Shown: positions 9,567-20,032 of the stretch, in pieces
Numbering within the stretch: position 1 is the first letter of the stretch
Layout of the letters: each line of letters begins with the position of its first letter
NCBI GenBank assembly: GCA_965219685.1
Contig: CBDCOH010000002.1
Location: 2,560,001-2,624,000 of the forward strand
Direction of reading: 5' to 3'
Source of the DNA: Candidatus Spongiisociaceae bacterium
GTDB lineage: Bacteria > Actinomycetota > Acidimicrobiia > Spongiisociales > Spongiisociaceae
Length of the DNA stretch: 64,000 nucleotides
Translations under genes and position numbers: made by a program
The notes under the pieces: model-generated
Databases searched by the model: none
Seen by the model: the letters and a program-made list of their open reading frames with translations, nothing else
What the model was told of the DNA's origin: nothing

Positions 9567-10400
9567 ATGCCGAAGTGCCTTACCGATGAGCAGGTGACAC
9601 AGTACCGACGCGACGGGTTCGTCTTCCCTGTGCGGGCGATGGACTCAGCCCGGGCGGCGGCCTACCGGCAGCAACTCGAGCGGTTCGAAGCAGAGGAAGG
9701 GCCCGTCGAGGGCGCCCTGCGTAACAAGGCCCACCTGCTGTTTCTGTGGGTTGACGAGTTGATGCGCTACGACGGGATCCTCGACGCCGTCGCGGATCTG
9801 ATCGGGGACGACATCCTGTGCTGGAACACTTTCTTCTGGATCAAGGAGCCCCAGACCGAGTCCTACGTGTCTTGGCACCAGGACCTGAACTACTGGGGAC
9901 TGGACACCGACGATCTGATCACGGTCTGGCTGGCACTGTCCCCGGCTACCCCGCAGAGCGGATGCATGAGCGTGCTTCCCGGAAGCCACAAAGGCGAGTT
10001 CATGCCCCATGAGGACATGTACAGCGACGGCAACATGCTCACCCGGGGCCAGGAGATCACGGTGCAGGTCGACGAGTCCAAGACGGTCGCCATGGCGCTC
10101 AGCCCCGGGGAGATTTCGATGCACAACGGGCGGTTGGCTCATGCCTCACCACCCAATACGTCTACTGACCGGCGTATCGGCCTCTCATTCCACTACATGC
10201 CCACCAAGACCCGCCAGATCATCGGCGACTGGGACAGCGCGGCGCTGGTGCGTGGAGACGACGCCTACGGCCACTTCACCCACACGCCCCGCCCGACCAG
10301 GGACTTCGATCCGGCCACCGTGGCGTTCCACAGCAAGGCCTCCGAAGCGGTGAAGGAGATCCTGTTCCACGGTGCGAAGAAGGTGACACAAGCCCTCTGA
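9567..10400 (+). CDS. Phytanoyl-CoA dioxygenase (PhyH) family Fe(II)/2-oxoglutarate dioxygenase
   Basis: YRRDGF, WHQD (HxD), WLAL...GCMSVLPGSH, distal His in LAHASPPN and DRRIG. GGAGAGAGG RBS. Confidence 0.92.
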   Translation: MPKCLTDEQVTQYRRDGFVFPVRAMDSARAAAYRQQLERFEAEEGPVEGALRNKAHLLFLWVDELMRYDGILDAVADLIGDDILCWNTFFWIKEPQTESYVSWHQDLNYWGLDTDDLITVWLALSPATPQSGCMSVLPGSHKGEFMPHEDMYSDGNMLTRGQEITVQVDESKTVAMALSPGEISMHNGRLAHASPPNTSTDRRIGLSFHYMPTKTRQIIGDWDSAALVRGDDAYGHFTHTPRPTRDFDPATVAFHSKASEAVKEILFHGAKKVTQAL

Positions 10401-10500
10401 TCAACGCCCGGACGCACATGGGACTACCGGCTGGACGTCCCGTGACGGCTCACGACCCCGTGTTACCCCGATCGGGGCAGGAACTCGACGGGCGCCATCC

Positions 10501-11325
10501 TCAGGCCTCGATCAGGTCCTCCACGGCGGTCCTGTAGGCCCTCGCCAGCAGCGCCGTTACGGGGCCGGGTTCGAACCTGTGCTCGCCCACCGCCACGACG
10601 GGCAGTACTTCCTTCACCGACGAGAGTATCGCTATCTCATCGGCGCCCAGCATCCGCTCCAGCGGGTAGTGGCCTTCTCGTATCGCCAAACCCGCCTCTC
10701 GGGCATGACGGAGAGCTATTCGCCGTGTCACCGAGTCGAGTATGCCCAGGTCCAGCGAGGCCGTCTCGATGACGCCATGCACCACCCAGAGCACCGCGGA
10801 CGTGGGACCCTCCAGCACGGTCCCGTCCCGAGACAGGAGCAGGGCGTCGTCATGTCCGGCCGCCTGAGATGTGCGGGTAGCCGCCATGTTGGGGGCATAC
10901 GACAGCGTCTTGACCCCGGCCAAGTCCCAGGGTTCGCCGGCCGGATGCCAGGGTGCGGCCAACGGGAAGAGCCGGTACTCCGGGATGATGTCAGGCAGGG
11001 GAGCCGACAGTACGTATACGTTCGTACCCTCCTGGCCCAGCGACACGAAGATGCGGATCACTCCGTTGCCCTGCTCGGCGGCCACCCGGCGAGCCCACTC
11101 GCCTATGTACGGGACGGGCGGGAGCGGGATACCCAGTGCCGAGGCCGACCGTGCCAGCCGGGCCAGGTGCTCGGCGAGCCCGAAGAGTGCGCCTCCGTAG
11201 GAGCGCAGAGCCTCGAAGCAGCCGTCGCCGCGGGCCACCATCGGGTCGAAGATGGAAACGGATGGGGCTACGTTCCGGCCGTTGCGGAGGACGGGTGGAC
11301 GCATGTCAGCCACGGCGCCATCCAT
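10501..11325 (-). CDS. PLP-dependent aminotransferase class IV (branched-chain aminotransferase / aminodeoxychorismate lyase-like)
   Basis: RGDGCFEALR, HLARL, VKTLSY (PLP lysine), LEGPTS and GILDSVTR motifs. Confidence 0.9.
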   Translation of the reverse strand: MDGAVADMRPPVLRNGRNVAPSVSIFDPMVARGDGCFEALRSYGGALFGLAEHLARLARSASALGIPLPPVPYIGEWARRVAAEQGNGVIRIFVSLGQEGTNVYVLSAPLPDIIPEYRLFPLAAPWHPAGEPWDLAGVKTLSYAPNMAATRTSQAAGHDDALLLSRDGTVLEGPTSAVLWVVHGVIETASLDLGILDSVTRRIALRHAREAGLAIREGHYPLERMLGADEIAILSSVKEVLPVVAVGEHRFEPGPVTALLARAYRTAVEDLIEA

Positions 11326-13018
11326 TGGTGATCGGAAGTCGGCGATCGCGGCCGAAAGCTTTGGCGGTGATCTTGACGCCCGGTGGCGCCTGGCGGCGCT
11401 TGTACTCGTTGCGGTCGACCATGCGGGCCACTCTCGTCACCAGATCCCTGTCGTAGCCGCACGCCACTATGTCGTCCACGGAACGGTCGTCCTCGATGTA
11501 CGCCGCGAGTACAGGGTCTAGGAGGTCGTAAGGGGGAAGGCTGTCGGTGTCGACCTGTCCGGGCCGCAACTCGGCGGACGGTGCCTTGGTAATGGTCGCC
11601 TCCGGGATCACCGGACTCCGGAGATTGCGCCACCGGGCAAGCTCGTAGACCCTGGTCTTGAATACGTCCTTCAGTACGGCGTAACCACCTGCCATGTCGC
11701 CGTACAAGGTAGCGTAACCCACCGCCATCTCGGACTTGTTACCCGTTGCCATCACCATCTCCCCATGCTTGTTGGAGATTCCCATCAGTAGGGTCCCACG
11801 AATACGGGGCTGGAGGTTCTCCTCGGCCACTCCGAACTCAGTACCGGCGAACTGCCCCGACAGAGCAGCTTCGTACTCGGCGTACAGGTCGGCGATGGCG
11901 ATCTGTTCGAACCGGATCCCCAGTTGGCGGGCAAGATCCTCCGAATCTCTCACCGAACCGCCGGAACTGAACTTGGAGGGCATCGTCACGCCCCGTACCG
12001 CATCCGGTCCCAGCGCATCGGCTGCTATGACCGCAGTCAGGGCCGAATCGATGCCACCCGACAGCCCGACCACCACTCTCGAGAAGCCGTTCTTCCGCAC
12101 GTAGTCACGCAAGCCCAGCGTGAGGGCTCGATAGATCTCCTCCAGGCTGTCAAGAGGAGCCACGGGCGGCGGGGACACCGGCTCTGACGGCGGGACGAGG
12201 GGAGCGGTTCGTACGACGCGGGGCGGAGTAGCAGGTCTTGAGCGCTCCCGGGGTTGCACATCCACTACGAAACGGATCTCCTCGAACGAAGGCGCCCTGT
12301 ACTGGAGCGAACCCTCCCGGTCCACCACCATGGAACCGCCGTCGAAGACCAGTTCGTCCTGGCCGCCCACCAGATTCAGGTAGACGACCGGCACACCGGA
12401 GCTGGCAGCCTCCCGGTGGATGTGGCGGGCCCGTTGCGAGTCCTTGGATATCTGGAAGGGTGATCCATTCACGTTGAGCAGGATCTGTGCGCCGGCCGCG
12501 GCCTGCCGGGAGGGGGGACCGCCCGGCACCCAGATGTCCTCGCAGATCGAGACGCCCACCGTGACACCGCCGATGTCCCAGACGGCTCCGGGTCGAGTAC
12601 CCGGCGCAAAGTACCTCTCCTCGTCGAACACCCCGTAGTTGGGCAGCAGCACCTTGTGATAGATGCCTCGCACGCGGCCTCGGTGAAGGAGGGCGGCAGC
12701 GTTGGCTACCACCCGGGGAAGTGCATCTACCTTGCCCCGGCGGTCGCTGTCAGACCGATCCACGAAACCGACCACGGTCACGGTCTCGCCGGCACGAGCT
12801 GCCAAACGTTCCAGGACATCCAGATTGGCGTCGACGAAAGCCCGCCTCATGACCAGGTCCTCGGGTGGATAGCCGGGGACAGCCAGTTCAGGGAGCATGA
12901 GAACGTCGGCACGGTGGGACTCCGCCCAATCCATCGAATCGAGAATGCGGGCCGCGTTGTAGTCGAGATCACCGACCCTCAAGTTGATCTGCGCGCCGGC
13001 CACCCTCATCGTCGTCAT
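11306..13018 (-). CDS. nadE: Glutamine-dependent NAD+ synthetase
   Basis: Nitrilase domain (PEL, YHKVLLPNYGVFDE, ICEDIW) plus GLSGGIDS, TGNKSE and EYKRRQAPPG. Confidence 0.96.
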   Translation of the reverse strand: MTTMRVAGAQINLRVGDLDYNAARILDSMDWAESHRADVLMLPELAVPGYPPEDLVMRRAFVDANLDVLERLAARAGETVTVVGFVDRSDSDRRGKVDALPRVVANAAALLHRGRVRGIYHKVLLPNYGVFDEERYFAPGTRPGAVWDIGGVTVGVSICEDIWVPGGPPSRQAAAGAQILLNVNGSPFQISKDSQRARHIHREAASSGVPVVYLNLVGGQDELVFDGGSMVVDREGSLQYRAPSFEEIRFVVDVQPRERSRPATPPRVVRTAPLVPPSEPVSPPPVAPLDSLEEIYRALTLGLRDYVRKNGFSRVVVGLSGGIDSALTAVIAADALGPDAVRGVTMPSKFSSGGSVRDSEDLARQLGIRFEQIAIADLYAEYEAALSGQFAGTEFGVAEENLQPRIRGTLLMGISNKHGEMVMATGNKSEMAVGYATLYGDMAGGYAVLKDVFKTRVYELARWRNLRSPVIPEATITKAPSAELRPGQVDTDSLPPYDLLDPVLAAYIEDDRSVDDIVACGYDRDLVTRVARMVDRNEYKRRQAPPGVKITAKAFGRDRRLPITNGWRRG

Positions 13019-13049
13019 GCACCCGAGTCTAGGAGGGGTCAGTGGGGCG

Positions 13050-13105
13050 GCGGACAGTCAGCCGTGAGCAGCGAAGCCAAACACAAACACCCAAACACCA
13101 AACAT
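13050..13105. repeat. Degenerate heptamer repeats (CAGTCAG-like, then CAAACAC-like)
   Basis: aaacacaaacacccaaacaccaaacat abuts the tyrA stop codon. Confidence 0.55.
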
Positions 13106-14122
13106 CTACTCCAGGGTGAAGCCCTCCTTCTCTAGGGACTCCCTCAGCGCATCCGCCTCCACCGGGCGCACCGAGAGGGTGAGCACACCGCCTCCACCGT
13201 GAAGGGCATGTCGCAACTGGAGATCCCGGACATCGACCGCGCACTGCTCCAGAGCACGACCCACCGCGGCGATCTCACCCGGTCTGTCCTGGAGAACGAC
13301 GCCCACTCTGATCTCCGGGGACGCCATACCCTGACGCCTGGCCCGGGCCGACCGGATGCGGTGTGCCAGGGAGGCCGGATCGGCCCGGATCTCAGCCCTG
13401 GCCTCCTCGAGCTCCTCGATCATCCCGGTGATCGCCCGGCTCACATTGGCCTCGTTCGCAGCCAGCAACTCGGGCCACCAGCCCGGCTCCGAGGCCGCCA
13501 CCCGGGTCAGATCGCGGAATGATCCGGCCACCAGTTGCATGGCTCCGGGATCCCCGGCGGCGAGGTTGACGAGGGAGACCGCGATGACCTGCGGTAGGTG
13601 TGAGATCGCCGCTACCACCCGATCGTGCTCGGAAGCGGGCATGGTGTACGGGATCGCACCGACCGCCTCGACCATGCTCTCGACGATCGCCACATCCTCG
13701 GGGCCGGCACGGTCCGGGCAGACGATCCAGGCAGCTCCTCTGAAGAGGGCGGGCGTGGCGGCTGCGGGACCCGCCTGCTCTCTCCCAGCCATCGGATGCC
13801 CCGCCACGAGGCGTAGGCCGGGAGGCTTGGACTCCACCACCGGTACCTTGACCCCGGCTACATCGGTGACCAGCGCCGCCGTTTGCAATCCCCTCAAAGT
13901 ATCCAACGTGGCACTCAGTGGACCGGCGAGCACCACCAGTTCGGCACCACCTACAGCCCCATCCAGGGCCGGGTGCGGATGGTCGACCGCGCCCCGCCGA
14001 ACGGCCACCCGCAAGGCTGACGGGTCGGGATCCCACCCTGCGACCACCCAACCCACCTGACGGAGCGCCATCCCGAGAGAGGCGCCGATCAGCCCTGTAC
14101 CGAGAATGGCAGCGCTGCCCAT
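13106..14122 (-). CDS. tyrA: Prephenate dehydrogenase with C-terminal ACT domain
   Basis: GTGLIGAS, TDVAGVK, GHPMAGRE, EHDRVVAAISHLPQ, SFRDLTR and the ACT motif DRPGEI. Confidence 0.93.
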   Translation of the reverse strand: MGSAAILGTGLIGASLGMALRQVGWVVAGWDPDPSALRVAVRRGAVDHPHPALDGAVGGAELVVLAGPLSATLDTLRGLQTAALVTDVAGVKVPVVESKPPGLRLVAGHPMAGREQAGPAAATPALFRGAAWIVCPDRAGPEDVAIVESMVEAVGAIPYTMPASEHDRVVAAISHLPQVIAVSLVNLAAGDPGAMQLVAGSFRDLTRVAASEPGWWPELLAANEANVSRAITGMIEELEEARAEIRADPASLAHRIRSARARRQGMASPEIRVGVVLQDRPGEIAAVGRALEQCAVDVRDLQLRHALHGGGGVLTLSVRPVEADALRESLEKEGFTLE

Positions 14123-14147
14123 GGAGGGTCAGACTGACCTAGACGTA

Positions 14148-14205
14148 CCGGTCACCCGGTCACCAACGAACGACCACCGACGACCGGCAACCGGCAACCG
14201 GCAAC
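14148..14205. repeat. Heptamer repeats (CGGTCAC x2, ACCGGCA x3)
   Basis: Direct reading. Abuts the aroF stop codon. Confidence 0.65.
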
Positions 14206-15218
14206 TAGATGGTGTAGTCGAGCGCAGCCGCCAGAGCCCGCATCTGTTCCATCAGCTCGGCGAACTCGTAGGGCAACAGAGCCTGGTCACCGTCAACCTG
14301 CGCGGTCTCCGGTGCCGGATGCACATCGACGATGAACCCATCGGCGCCGACGGCGATCGCGGCCCTTGCCAGCGGTGTAACCAGGTGGCGCCGACCCGAC
14401 GAATGAGACGGGTCGATAATCACCGGCAGGTGGGACATCGCCTTGATGACGGGCGCCGCCGAAATATCCAGCGTGTTGCGGGTACTCGTCTCGAAGGTGC
14501 GGATACCCCTCTCCACCATGATCACCTCGTGATTGCCCTCCTTGTAGATGTACTCGGCGGCATTCAGCCACTCGTCCACGGTGGCTGTGAAGCCCCTCTT
14601 GAGCAGTACGGGCTTGTGCACCTTTCCCACCTCGGACAGGAGGGCGAAGTTGGCCATGTTCCGGGTGCCGATGCGCAACATGTCGGCGTAACCGCTGATC
14701 ATCTCGACATCACGAGGATCCAGCACTTCGGCGACAAACGGAAGGTCGAACTCCTCGCGTGCCTCCGCGAGGAGTTGCAGGCCTTCCTCGGCCAGTCCCT
14801 GGAAGGAGAAGGGGCTGGTGCGGGGTTTGAAGGCGTCTCCCCTCAGGATGGTGGCTCCGGCATCGCGCACCGCCTCCGCGGTACGGAACAGTAGATCACG
14901 GCTCTCGACGGCACAAGGTCCGGCTATCGGCGCGAACACCCCGCCACCAATCTGTGCCGAGCGCACCTTGATCACGGTGTCTTCGGCCTGGAACTCCCGA
15001 GCGACGAACTTGTAGGGCTTCAGCACCGGAACCGCCCTCTCCACACCAGGCATTGCGCCCCACGGCAACTGCTGGATACGCCCCCGATCACCGATTGCAC
15101 CGATGACGGTGCGGAGTTGCCCGGTCGATATGTGAGCCTCCGAACCGATCTCCGCCAATCGGTGCACGACGCCATCGATCTGTTCCTGGTTGGCGCCCGG
15201 CTTCATGACGATGATCAT
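14205..15218 (-). CDS. aroF: DAHP synthase type I-beta with N-terminal regulatory domain
   Basis: MIIVMK ferredoxin-like N-domain, IAGPCAVE, FKPRTSP, PVLLKRG, ERGIRTFE and DPSH. Confidence 0.95.
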   Translation of the reverse strand: MIIVMKPGANQEQIDGVVHRLAEIGSEAHISTGQLRTVIGAIGDRGRIQQLPWGAMPGVERAVPVLKPYKFVAREFQAEDTVIKVRSAQIGGGVFAPIAGPCAVESRDLLFRTAEAVRDAGATILRGDAFKPRTSPFSFQGLAEEGLQLLAEAREEFDLPFVAEVLDPRDVEMISGYADMLRIGTRNMANFALLSEVGKVHKPVLLKRGFTATVDEWLNAAEYIYKEGNHEVIMVERGIRTFETSTRNTLDISAAPVIKAMSHLPVIIDPSHSSGRRHLVTPLARAAIAVGADGFIVDVHPAPETAQVDGDQALLPYEFAELMEQMRALAAALDYTI

Positions 15219-15273
15219 TGTTCCCTCCGGAAGATGGCATGAGGATAGACCTCACAGGGTCGGGCGTACCAAA

Positions 15274-15418
15274 TGGTGAATGGTGGGTTTGGTGAATGGT
15301 GAATGGTGAATGGTGAATCGTGGCTGGTGAAGGGTGTACCACACTACTTAATCACTGTTAACCTACATCATTCACACTAAACACTAATCACTACCCACTA
15401 CTCACTACCCACTACTCA
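15274..15418. repeat. Two opposed heptamer blocks: (TGGTGAA)-type, then (CTACTCA/CTACCCA)-type
   Basis: About 9 TGGTGAA-like units at 15274-15338, then C/A-rich 7-mers up to the DUF4332 stop. Confidence 0.85.
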
Positions 15419-15820
15419 CTGTTCCACGAGAGGCTGGAATGTGCGGGCTTCGGCCACCCACGCTTTCACGCGCTCGAGGTTGGGCAGCCGGCGAACCATC
15501 CTTCGCCTGCTATTGATCTGGACCATCATCGCGAATAGGGTGTCCGGGTCACGGGTACTCAACTCCTGGGCGGTGGACACGCCGGCCGCGCTCAGCAAGT
15601 CCACATATCTGGTTCCCAGTCCCCTGATCCTCATGAGGTCGATTCGTAACACCAGTTCGAGCAGTTCCCGCTCGTTGACGGACAGTCGCTCGGCCAGATC
15701 GGCCCTTCCCTCCGGGGTTGCCGCTCTACGGAGCAACGCGTCGGTGGTCCTGATACCTGATCGACGGAACCGACGAGCATGCGACAAACCGATGCCGCCC
15801 ACAGCGTCGATCGCAGCCAT
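15416..15820 (-). CDS. DUF4332-like helix-hairpin-helix protein
   Basis: VGGIG...GIRT..LL...TPEGR..LA, DLMRIRGLG..Y..LL..AGV and RRLP...V..WV pattern. Confidence 0.8.
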   Translation of the reverse strand: MAAIDAVGGIGLSHARRFRRSGIRTTDALLRRAATPEGRADLAERLSVNERELLELVLRIDLMRIRGLGTRYVDLLSAAGVSTAQELSTRDPDTLFAMMVQINSRRRMVRRLPNLERVKAWVAEARTFQPLVEQ

Positions 15821-15953
15821 CTAAGCGAGGTCCTCCTCCGGAATTGCTAAATACCCCAATAACAATGTCGTGCCAGGCCGGCTCATCCTGGGCAAAAGAA
15901 GGCTAATTGGTCGGGTACCTCGCGGTCCAACCGGCACCGCCGGCCGGCCCGAC

Positions 15954-16556
15954 TCAGCCGTGGAGATCATCGAGATCCTCCTGCGTGTCGATATCACGAG
16001 GAGCCGCCTCGCCGACCAGAACTTCCTCGACCCATTCCGGATGAGCCAGGAACAGGTTGCGGGCCCCCTGGTCACCTCCCAGTCCGGCGATGAGACGCGG
16101 CCACAGAGTACGGTCCACCAGGACTGGATGGCCCCTTACGAACCGGTACCGGGGTATTACCACCGGACGCCCGCACCTCCGGCCGGCTTCGAGAAGTCTC
16201 GGGATCACACCGTCCGGGACAAGCGGCTGATCGCCCAGTGCGATCAGGACCCGCTCGGCCGTCCTGTCCCCTATCAGCGCGTCGAGGCCTGCTCTGAGAG
16301 AGGAAGCGACACCTTCCGCCCAGTCCAGATTCTCGACCACGGTGGCTCGAGATAGGTCGACCATCTCCATTATCTGTTCCGCCCTGGCCCCGAGCACGAC
16401 GTACACCGATTGCACCTGGGGCCACCTGCCGACTCGCTCAACCACATGCTCGAGGAGAGGCCTGCCCTGCCAGGCGGCCAGTTGCTTGGGCGCGCCGAAA
16501 CGCTTCGACTCCCCCGCGGCCAGGATCAACGCCGCAGTACTCACTGCCGGTTCCAT
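15954..16556 (-). CDS. Molybdenum cofactor cytidylyltransferase-like nucleotidyltransferase (MocA family)
   Basis: ILAAGESKRFGAPKQL, LGDQP, GHPVL, GDQGAR and DIDT. Lies in the Mo-hydroxylase cluster. Confidence 0.9.
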   Translation of the reverse strand: MEPAVSTAALILAAGESKRFGAPKQLAAWQGRPLLEHVVERVGRWPQVQSVYVVLGARAEQIMEMVDLSRATVVENLDWAEGVASSLRAGLDALIGDRTAERVLIALGDQPLVPDGVIPRLLEAGRRCGRPVVIPRYRFVRGHPVLVDRTLWPRLIAGLGGDQGARNLFLAHPEWVEEVLVGEAAPRDIDTQEDLDDLHG

Positions 16557-16593
16557 TGACGGGGCGAGGGATACCCGGTCGACGCCGGGCCGG

Positions 16594-17379
16594 TCATAGG
16601 TCTCCTTCGTCCTCCGTACGTTGGAGGTGAATCCGCCCAGGTCTACCCACCAACGAGTCGCCCGAACCCGATCCGTAACGAACCTGGATCATCTCCGCAA
16701 GGATCGAAACCGCAACCTCGCCGGGTTGCTCGGCCCCTATGTCGAGTCCCACCGGACCATGTATGCGGGCGATCTGCCCCTCGTCGAATCCGGCGGCTCT
16801 GAGGCGATCGACGCGCCGGCGGTGCGTCCGGCGGCTTCCCATCACCCCGATGTACTTGGCCGGGCTCGGCAACACCAGGGGGAGGACCGGATCCTCGAAC
16901 CGGGCATCGTGGCTGAGGAGGACGACATAGGTACGGCCGTCGACCTGCAACCGGTCGGCTACCTGCTCCGGCCACCCGACGATGACCCTCTCGGCTTCCG
17001 GGAAACGCTCCTCGGTGGTGAAGAAGGGCCTGGCGTCGTTGACGATCACGCGGAACCCCAGCCCGTGGGCCATCTTGCACAGCTCCTGGGCGATGTGAAC
17101 CGCACCGAAGATGAGGAGTCGGGGCTGCGGCGCGACGGTCTCGATGTACGCCTGGCGGTTCCCATAGGTCAGGGTGCGGCTCTGCTCGCGGTCCATGAGG
17201 TTGCTCGCATCGGCGACGACATCCGCTGCGATGTCCGTCGGGATGGCTCCGGCGACCAGCCCGTCGGCACGATCCAGCACCCCTTTGGCGCCCGTGTCGG
17301 GGCCGTCGACCACGGTCACGACGGCCCCCAGCCTTTCCGCCTCGACGAGGTGTCGTACGGCTTGCAGAGGGCTCACCAT
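16594..17379 (-). CDS. XdhC/CoxI family maturation factor, C-terminal part
   Basis: [19 protein letters not shown] and [22 protein letters not shown]. Start overlaps the upstream stop. Confidence 0.88.
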   Translation of the reverse strand: MVSPLQAVRHLVEAERLGAVVTVVDGPDTGAKGVLDRADGLVAGAIPTDIAADVVADASNLMDREQSRTLTYGNRQAYIETVAPQPRLLIFGAVHIAQELCKMAHGLGFRVIVNDARPFFTTEERFPEAERVIVGWPEQVADRLQVDGRTYVVLLSHDARFEDPVLPLVLPSPAKYIGVMGSRRTHRRRVDRLRAAGFDEGQIARIHGPVGLDIGAEQPGEVAVSILAEMIQVRYGSGSGDSLVGRPGRIHLQRTEDEGDL

Positions 17380-17681
17380 CGTTCTACGAAAACCTGGATC
17401 GTCCCGCCACACGCCAGCCCGACCTCGAAGGCGTCCTCATCGGCTATGCCATAGGTCACCAGGCGCGGTCGGCCGGATTCCAGGACCCCTTGGGCGTGCA
17501 GGAAGACATCGTTCTCCACGCAGCCGCCACTCACCGATCCCTCCATGTCCCCGGCCGACGATACGAGGAACTTGGCTCCTTCCGGCCGGGGCGCCGACCC
17601 TTTCACCTTCACGACGGTCGCCACTGCGACCTGCTTGCCTTCTCCGGTCCACCGGTCGTAGACCTTCAGCGCATCCTTCAT
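17373..17681 (-). CDS. XdhC/CoxI family maturation factor, N-terminal domain
   Basis: [25 protein letters not shown] and GLACGG. ATGA overlap with the vWA gene. Confidence 0.9.
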   Translation of the reverse strand: MKDALKVYDRWTGEGKQVAVATVVKVKGSAPRPEGAKFLVSSAGDMEGSVSGGCVENDVFLHAQGVLESGRPRLVTYGIADEDAFEVGLACGGTIQVFVERW

Positions 17682-18832
17682 GAAGCCCACGCTCCCCGTT
17701 TCTGTGTTGGTCTAGGTGTAGCAGGTATCGACTCTAGGAGACGAACGACTCCTGCGAGGTCAGTCAAGCGAGCGGCCGGGAGGAAGTCATCCACATGAGG
17801 AAGCGCGGCCTTCAGGCCCCGGGTCTCGGGTGAGTATCCCTCGCGACCCGCCAACGGATTGAGCCAGATCGTCCGGTGTACAGAACGGGCGAATCTGGCC
17901 ATCTCCCGGCTCAGTAACGCCGGGTCGCCGCGGTCCCACCCATCGCTGATGATCATCCCTATCGGGCCACCACGGGCCACCCGCCTGCTCCAGTGCCTGT
18001 TGTAGGTCTCCAGCGCTTCCCCGATCCGGGTTCCCCCCGACCAGTCGTGAACGCTGCCGGCCACCAAGCGCAGCGCCATCGCCGGGTCGCGCCTGCGGAG
18101 TTCGTGGGTGATGCGCGTGAGGCGAGTGGAGAACACGAACGTCTCGACCCGTCCCAACCGGGCCGGCGCGGAATGTGCGAAGTAGAGGAGCATCTCGACG
18201 TACTTCTCCATCGATCCGCTCACGTCGGCGACGATCACCAAGGGCCGGCGCCGCGGCTTGCGTGACCGGAACTCCAGTTCCAACAACTCGCTGCGCGGAC
18301 CCACCGCGTTGCGCAGGGTCCGCCTCATGTCGGGCCGGCGACCACGCGAGTCCGCGACCCACCGCCGGCTCAGCGCCTGTGCCGGCTTCCACACCATCGC
18401 GGCGATCATGCGCCGCACCTCCGAGATCTCGTCCGCGGTGAGCTCACCGAAGTCCCGTGTGCCGAGGCGTTCGCTGTACGACGCGCCCAGCTGCTCGCTG
18501 CTCTCACGGATCTCCTGCTCATCCGTCCCGGCCTCTGGAGCAAGCACCGGGAGGTAGGACTGGACCATCTGGTCGGACTCCGCGTCTGCGGTCGGCGGTC
18601 GGCGGGCACCTCGCCCGAAGAAGAGCTCGAAGGCTTCCTCGAACACCGGCAACTGGTCGGGGCGGGTGACCACCAGGCATCGGAAGCCGGCCCGGATGTC
18701 CCTGACTTCGTCCAGACCGAGCAGGCGCGCCGCGTGGAGCAAGTCCATTCCGGTGGGTGGGGTCACCTCAAGACCCTTGGCTCGGAGGTACCGGCCGAAG
18801 TGGATCACGTTCTGGGCGAATACGCCGGCCAT
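17678..18832 (-). CDS. vWA domain protein, CoxE-like
   Basis: MIDAS motif [29 protein letters not shown] and WLNP. Confidence 0.92.
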   Translation of the reverse strand: MAGVFAQNVIHFGRYLRAKGLEVTPPTGMDLLHAARLLGLDEVRDIRAGFRCLVVTRPDQLPVFEEAFELFFGRGARRPPTADAESDQMVQSYLPVLAPEAGTDEQEIRESSEQLGASYSERLGTRDFGELTADEISEVRRMIAAMVWKPAQALSRRWVADSRGRRPDMRRTLRNAVGPRSELLELEFRSRKPRRRPLVIVADVSGSMEKYVEMLLYFAHSAPARLGRVETFVFSTRLTRITHELRRRDPAMALRLVAGSVHDWSGGTRIGEALETYNRHWSRRVARGGPIGMIISDGWDRGDPALLSREMARFARSVHRTIWLNPLAGREGYSPETRGLKAALPHVDDFLPAARLTDLAGVVRLLESIPATPRPTQKRGAWAS

Positions 18833-18850
18833 CAGCGACGGGCCATCAGG

Positions 18851-19735
18851 TCAGCTCGCAGCGATCAGGCGTCCCACACCTCCGGCTCGGACGCGTTCGA
18901 TGTCTTCCTCGTATTTGAGGATCACCCCCAGCGTGTCAGCGGCCGCTTCCGGTGACAGGACCTCGGTACCCAGTACCTGCAGCGCAGCCGCCCAATCCAG
19001 GGTCTCGGCCACTCCCGGCGGCTTGAACAGCTCGAGGTTTCGAAGGCGCTCCATCGCCCGGGCCAGGTCTCCCGCCAGCGCCTCGGCGATGCCGGGCACC
19101 TTGGTCGTTACGATCTCCACCTCGCGCTCGAAGTCCGGGTAGTCGATCCAGTGGTAGATGCAACGCCGCTTCAGTGCGTCGTGGATCTCCCGGGTGCGGT
19201 TGGAGGTGATGACCACGACCGGCGGTTCCTTGGCGGTCACGGTCCCGACCTCGGGGATCGTCACCTGGAAGTCCGACAACAACTCCAGGAGGTAGGCCTC
19301 GAACTCCTCGTCCGCCCGGTCGAGTTCGTCGATGAGCAGTACCGGGCGGGATCCCGAAGCTGACATCTCGACGGCCTCCAGCAGGGGGCGAGCGATCAGG
19401 TACTCGCGGCTCATGATGTCCGAGATGGCCGCGCCGGCGCCTTCACCTCGGGCTTCGATCAACCGGATGGCCAGCATCTGGCGGGCGTAATCCCACTCGT
19501 AGATGGCATGCCCCGCATCGAGGCCCTCGTAGCACTGCAGCCGCAGCAGCCGCTCGCCGAGGATGGCCGAGAGAACCTTCGCGACCTCGGTCTTGCCCAC
19601 ACCGGCCTCCCCCTCGAGAAACAGGGGGCGGCCCAGTTCCAGCGCAAGGTGGATCGTCACCGCCAACGAGCGGTCGGCGATGTATCGCTGCCCGGCGAGC
19701 GCGTCCGCTACCTCATGTACGGTGGTGGGGATCAT
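18851..19735 (-). CDS. MoxR-family AAA ATPase, CoxD-like
   Basis: Walker A GEAGVGKT, LQCYEGLD, Walker B LLIDE and TSNRTREIHDALKRRC. Confidence 0.93.
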   Translation of the reverse strand: MIPTTVHEVADALAGQRYIADRSLAVTIHLALELGRPLFLEGEAGVGKTEVAKVLSAILGERLLRLQCYEGLDAGHAIYEWDYARQMLAIRLIEARGEGAGAAISDIMSREYLIARPLLEAVEMSASGSRPVLLIDELDRADEEFEAYLLELLSDFQVTIPEVGTVTAKEPPVVVITSNRTREIHDALKRRCIYHWIDYPDFEREVEIVTTKVPGIAEALAGDLARAMERLRNLELFKPPGVAETLDWAAALQVLGTEVLSPEAAADTLGVILKYEEDIERVRAGGVGRLIAAS

Positions 19736-19801
19736 CGAGGGCAGGATACACGCACCGACCGTTGATCAACCATGCCGTTCCGGAAGCTGGAAAGCGTGCC
19801 C

Positions 19802-20032
19802 CTATCCGGACCGATGGACCACCGTGACGCCTCTTGGGCTCACGAGTTCAACCTCGATCGAGCCCACATCCGACTCATGGATGTCCAGCATCAGCGCTAT
19901 CGCCTCGCGAGCAGTGGATTCGACCTGCTCGCGACGCCTGGCCTGTGAGAACACGCCGGCCAACTCAGCAACCGTGATCGCCCACCAGTCGCCGGACCGT
20001 TCGGCGACAACATGGTAAGTGGCCGGGCTCAT
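19802..20032 (-). CDS. HicB-like antitoxin (short, no obvious DNA-binding domain)
   Basis: YHVVAERSGDWWAITV.EL.GVFSQARR.EQVE..AREAIALML. ATGA overlap with the hicA stop. Confidence 0.75.
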   Translation of the reverse strand: MSPATYHVVAERSGDWWAITVAELAGVFSQARRREQVESTAREAIALMLDIHESDVGSIEVELVSPRGVTVVHRSG

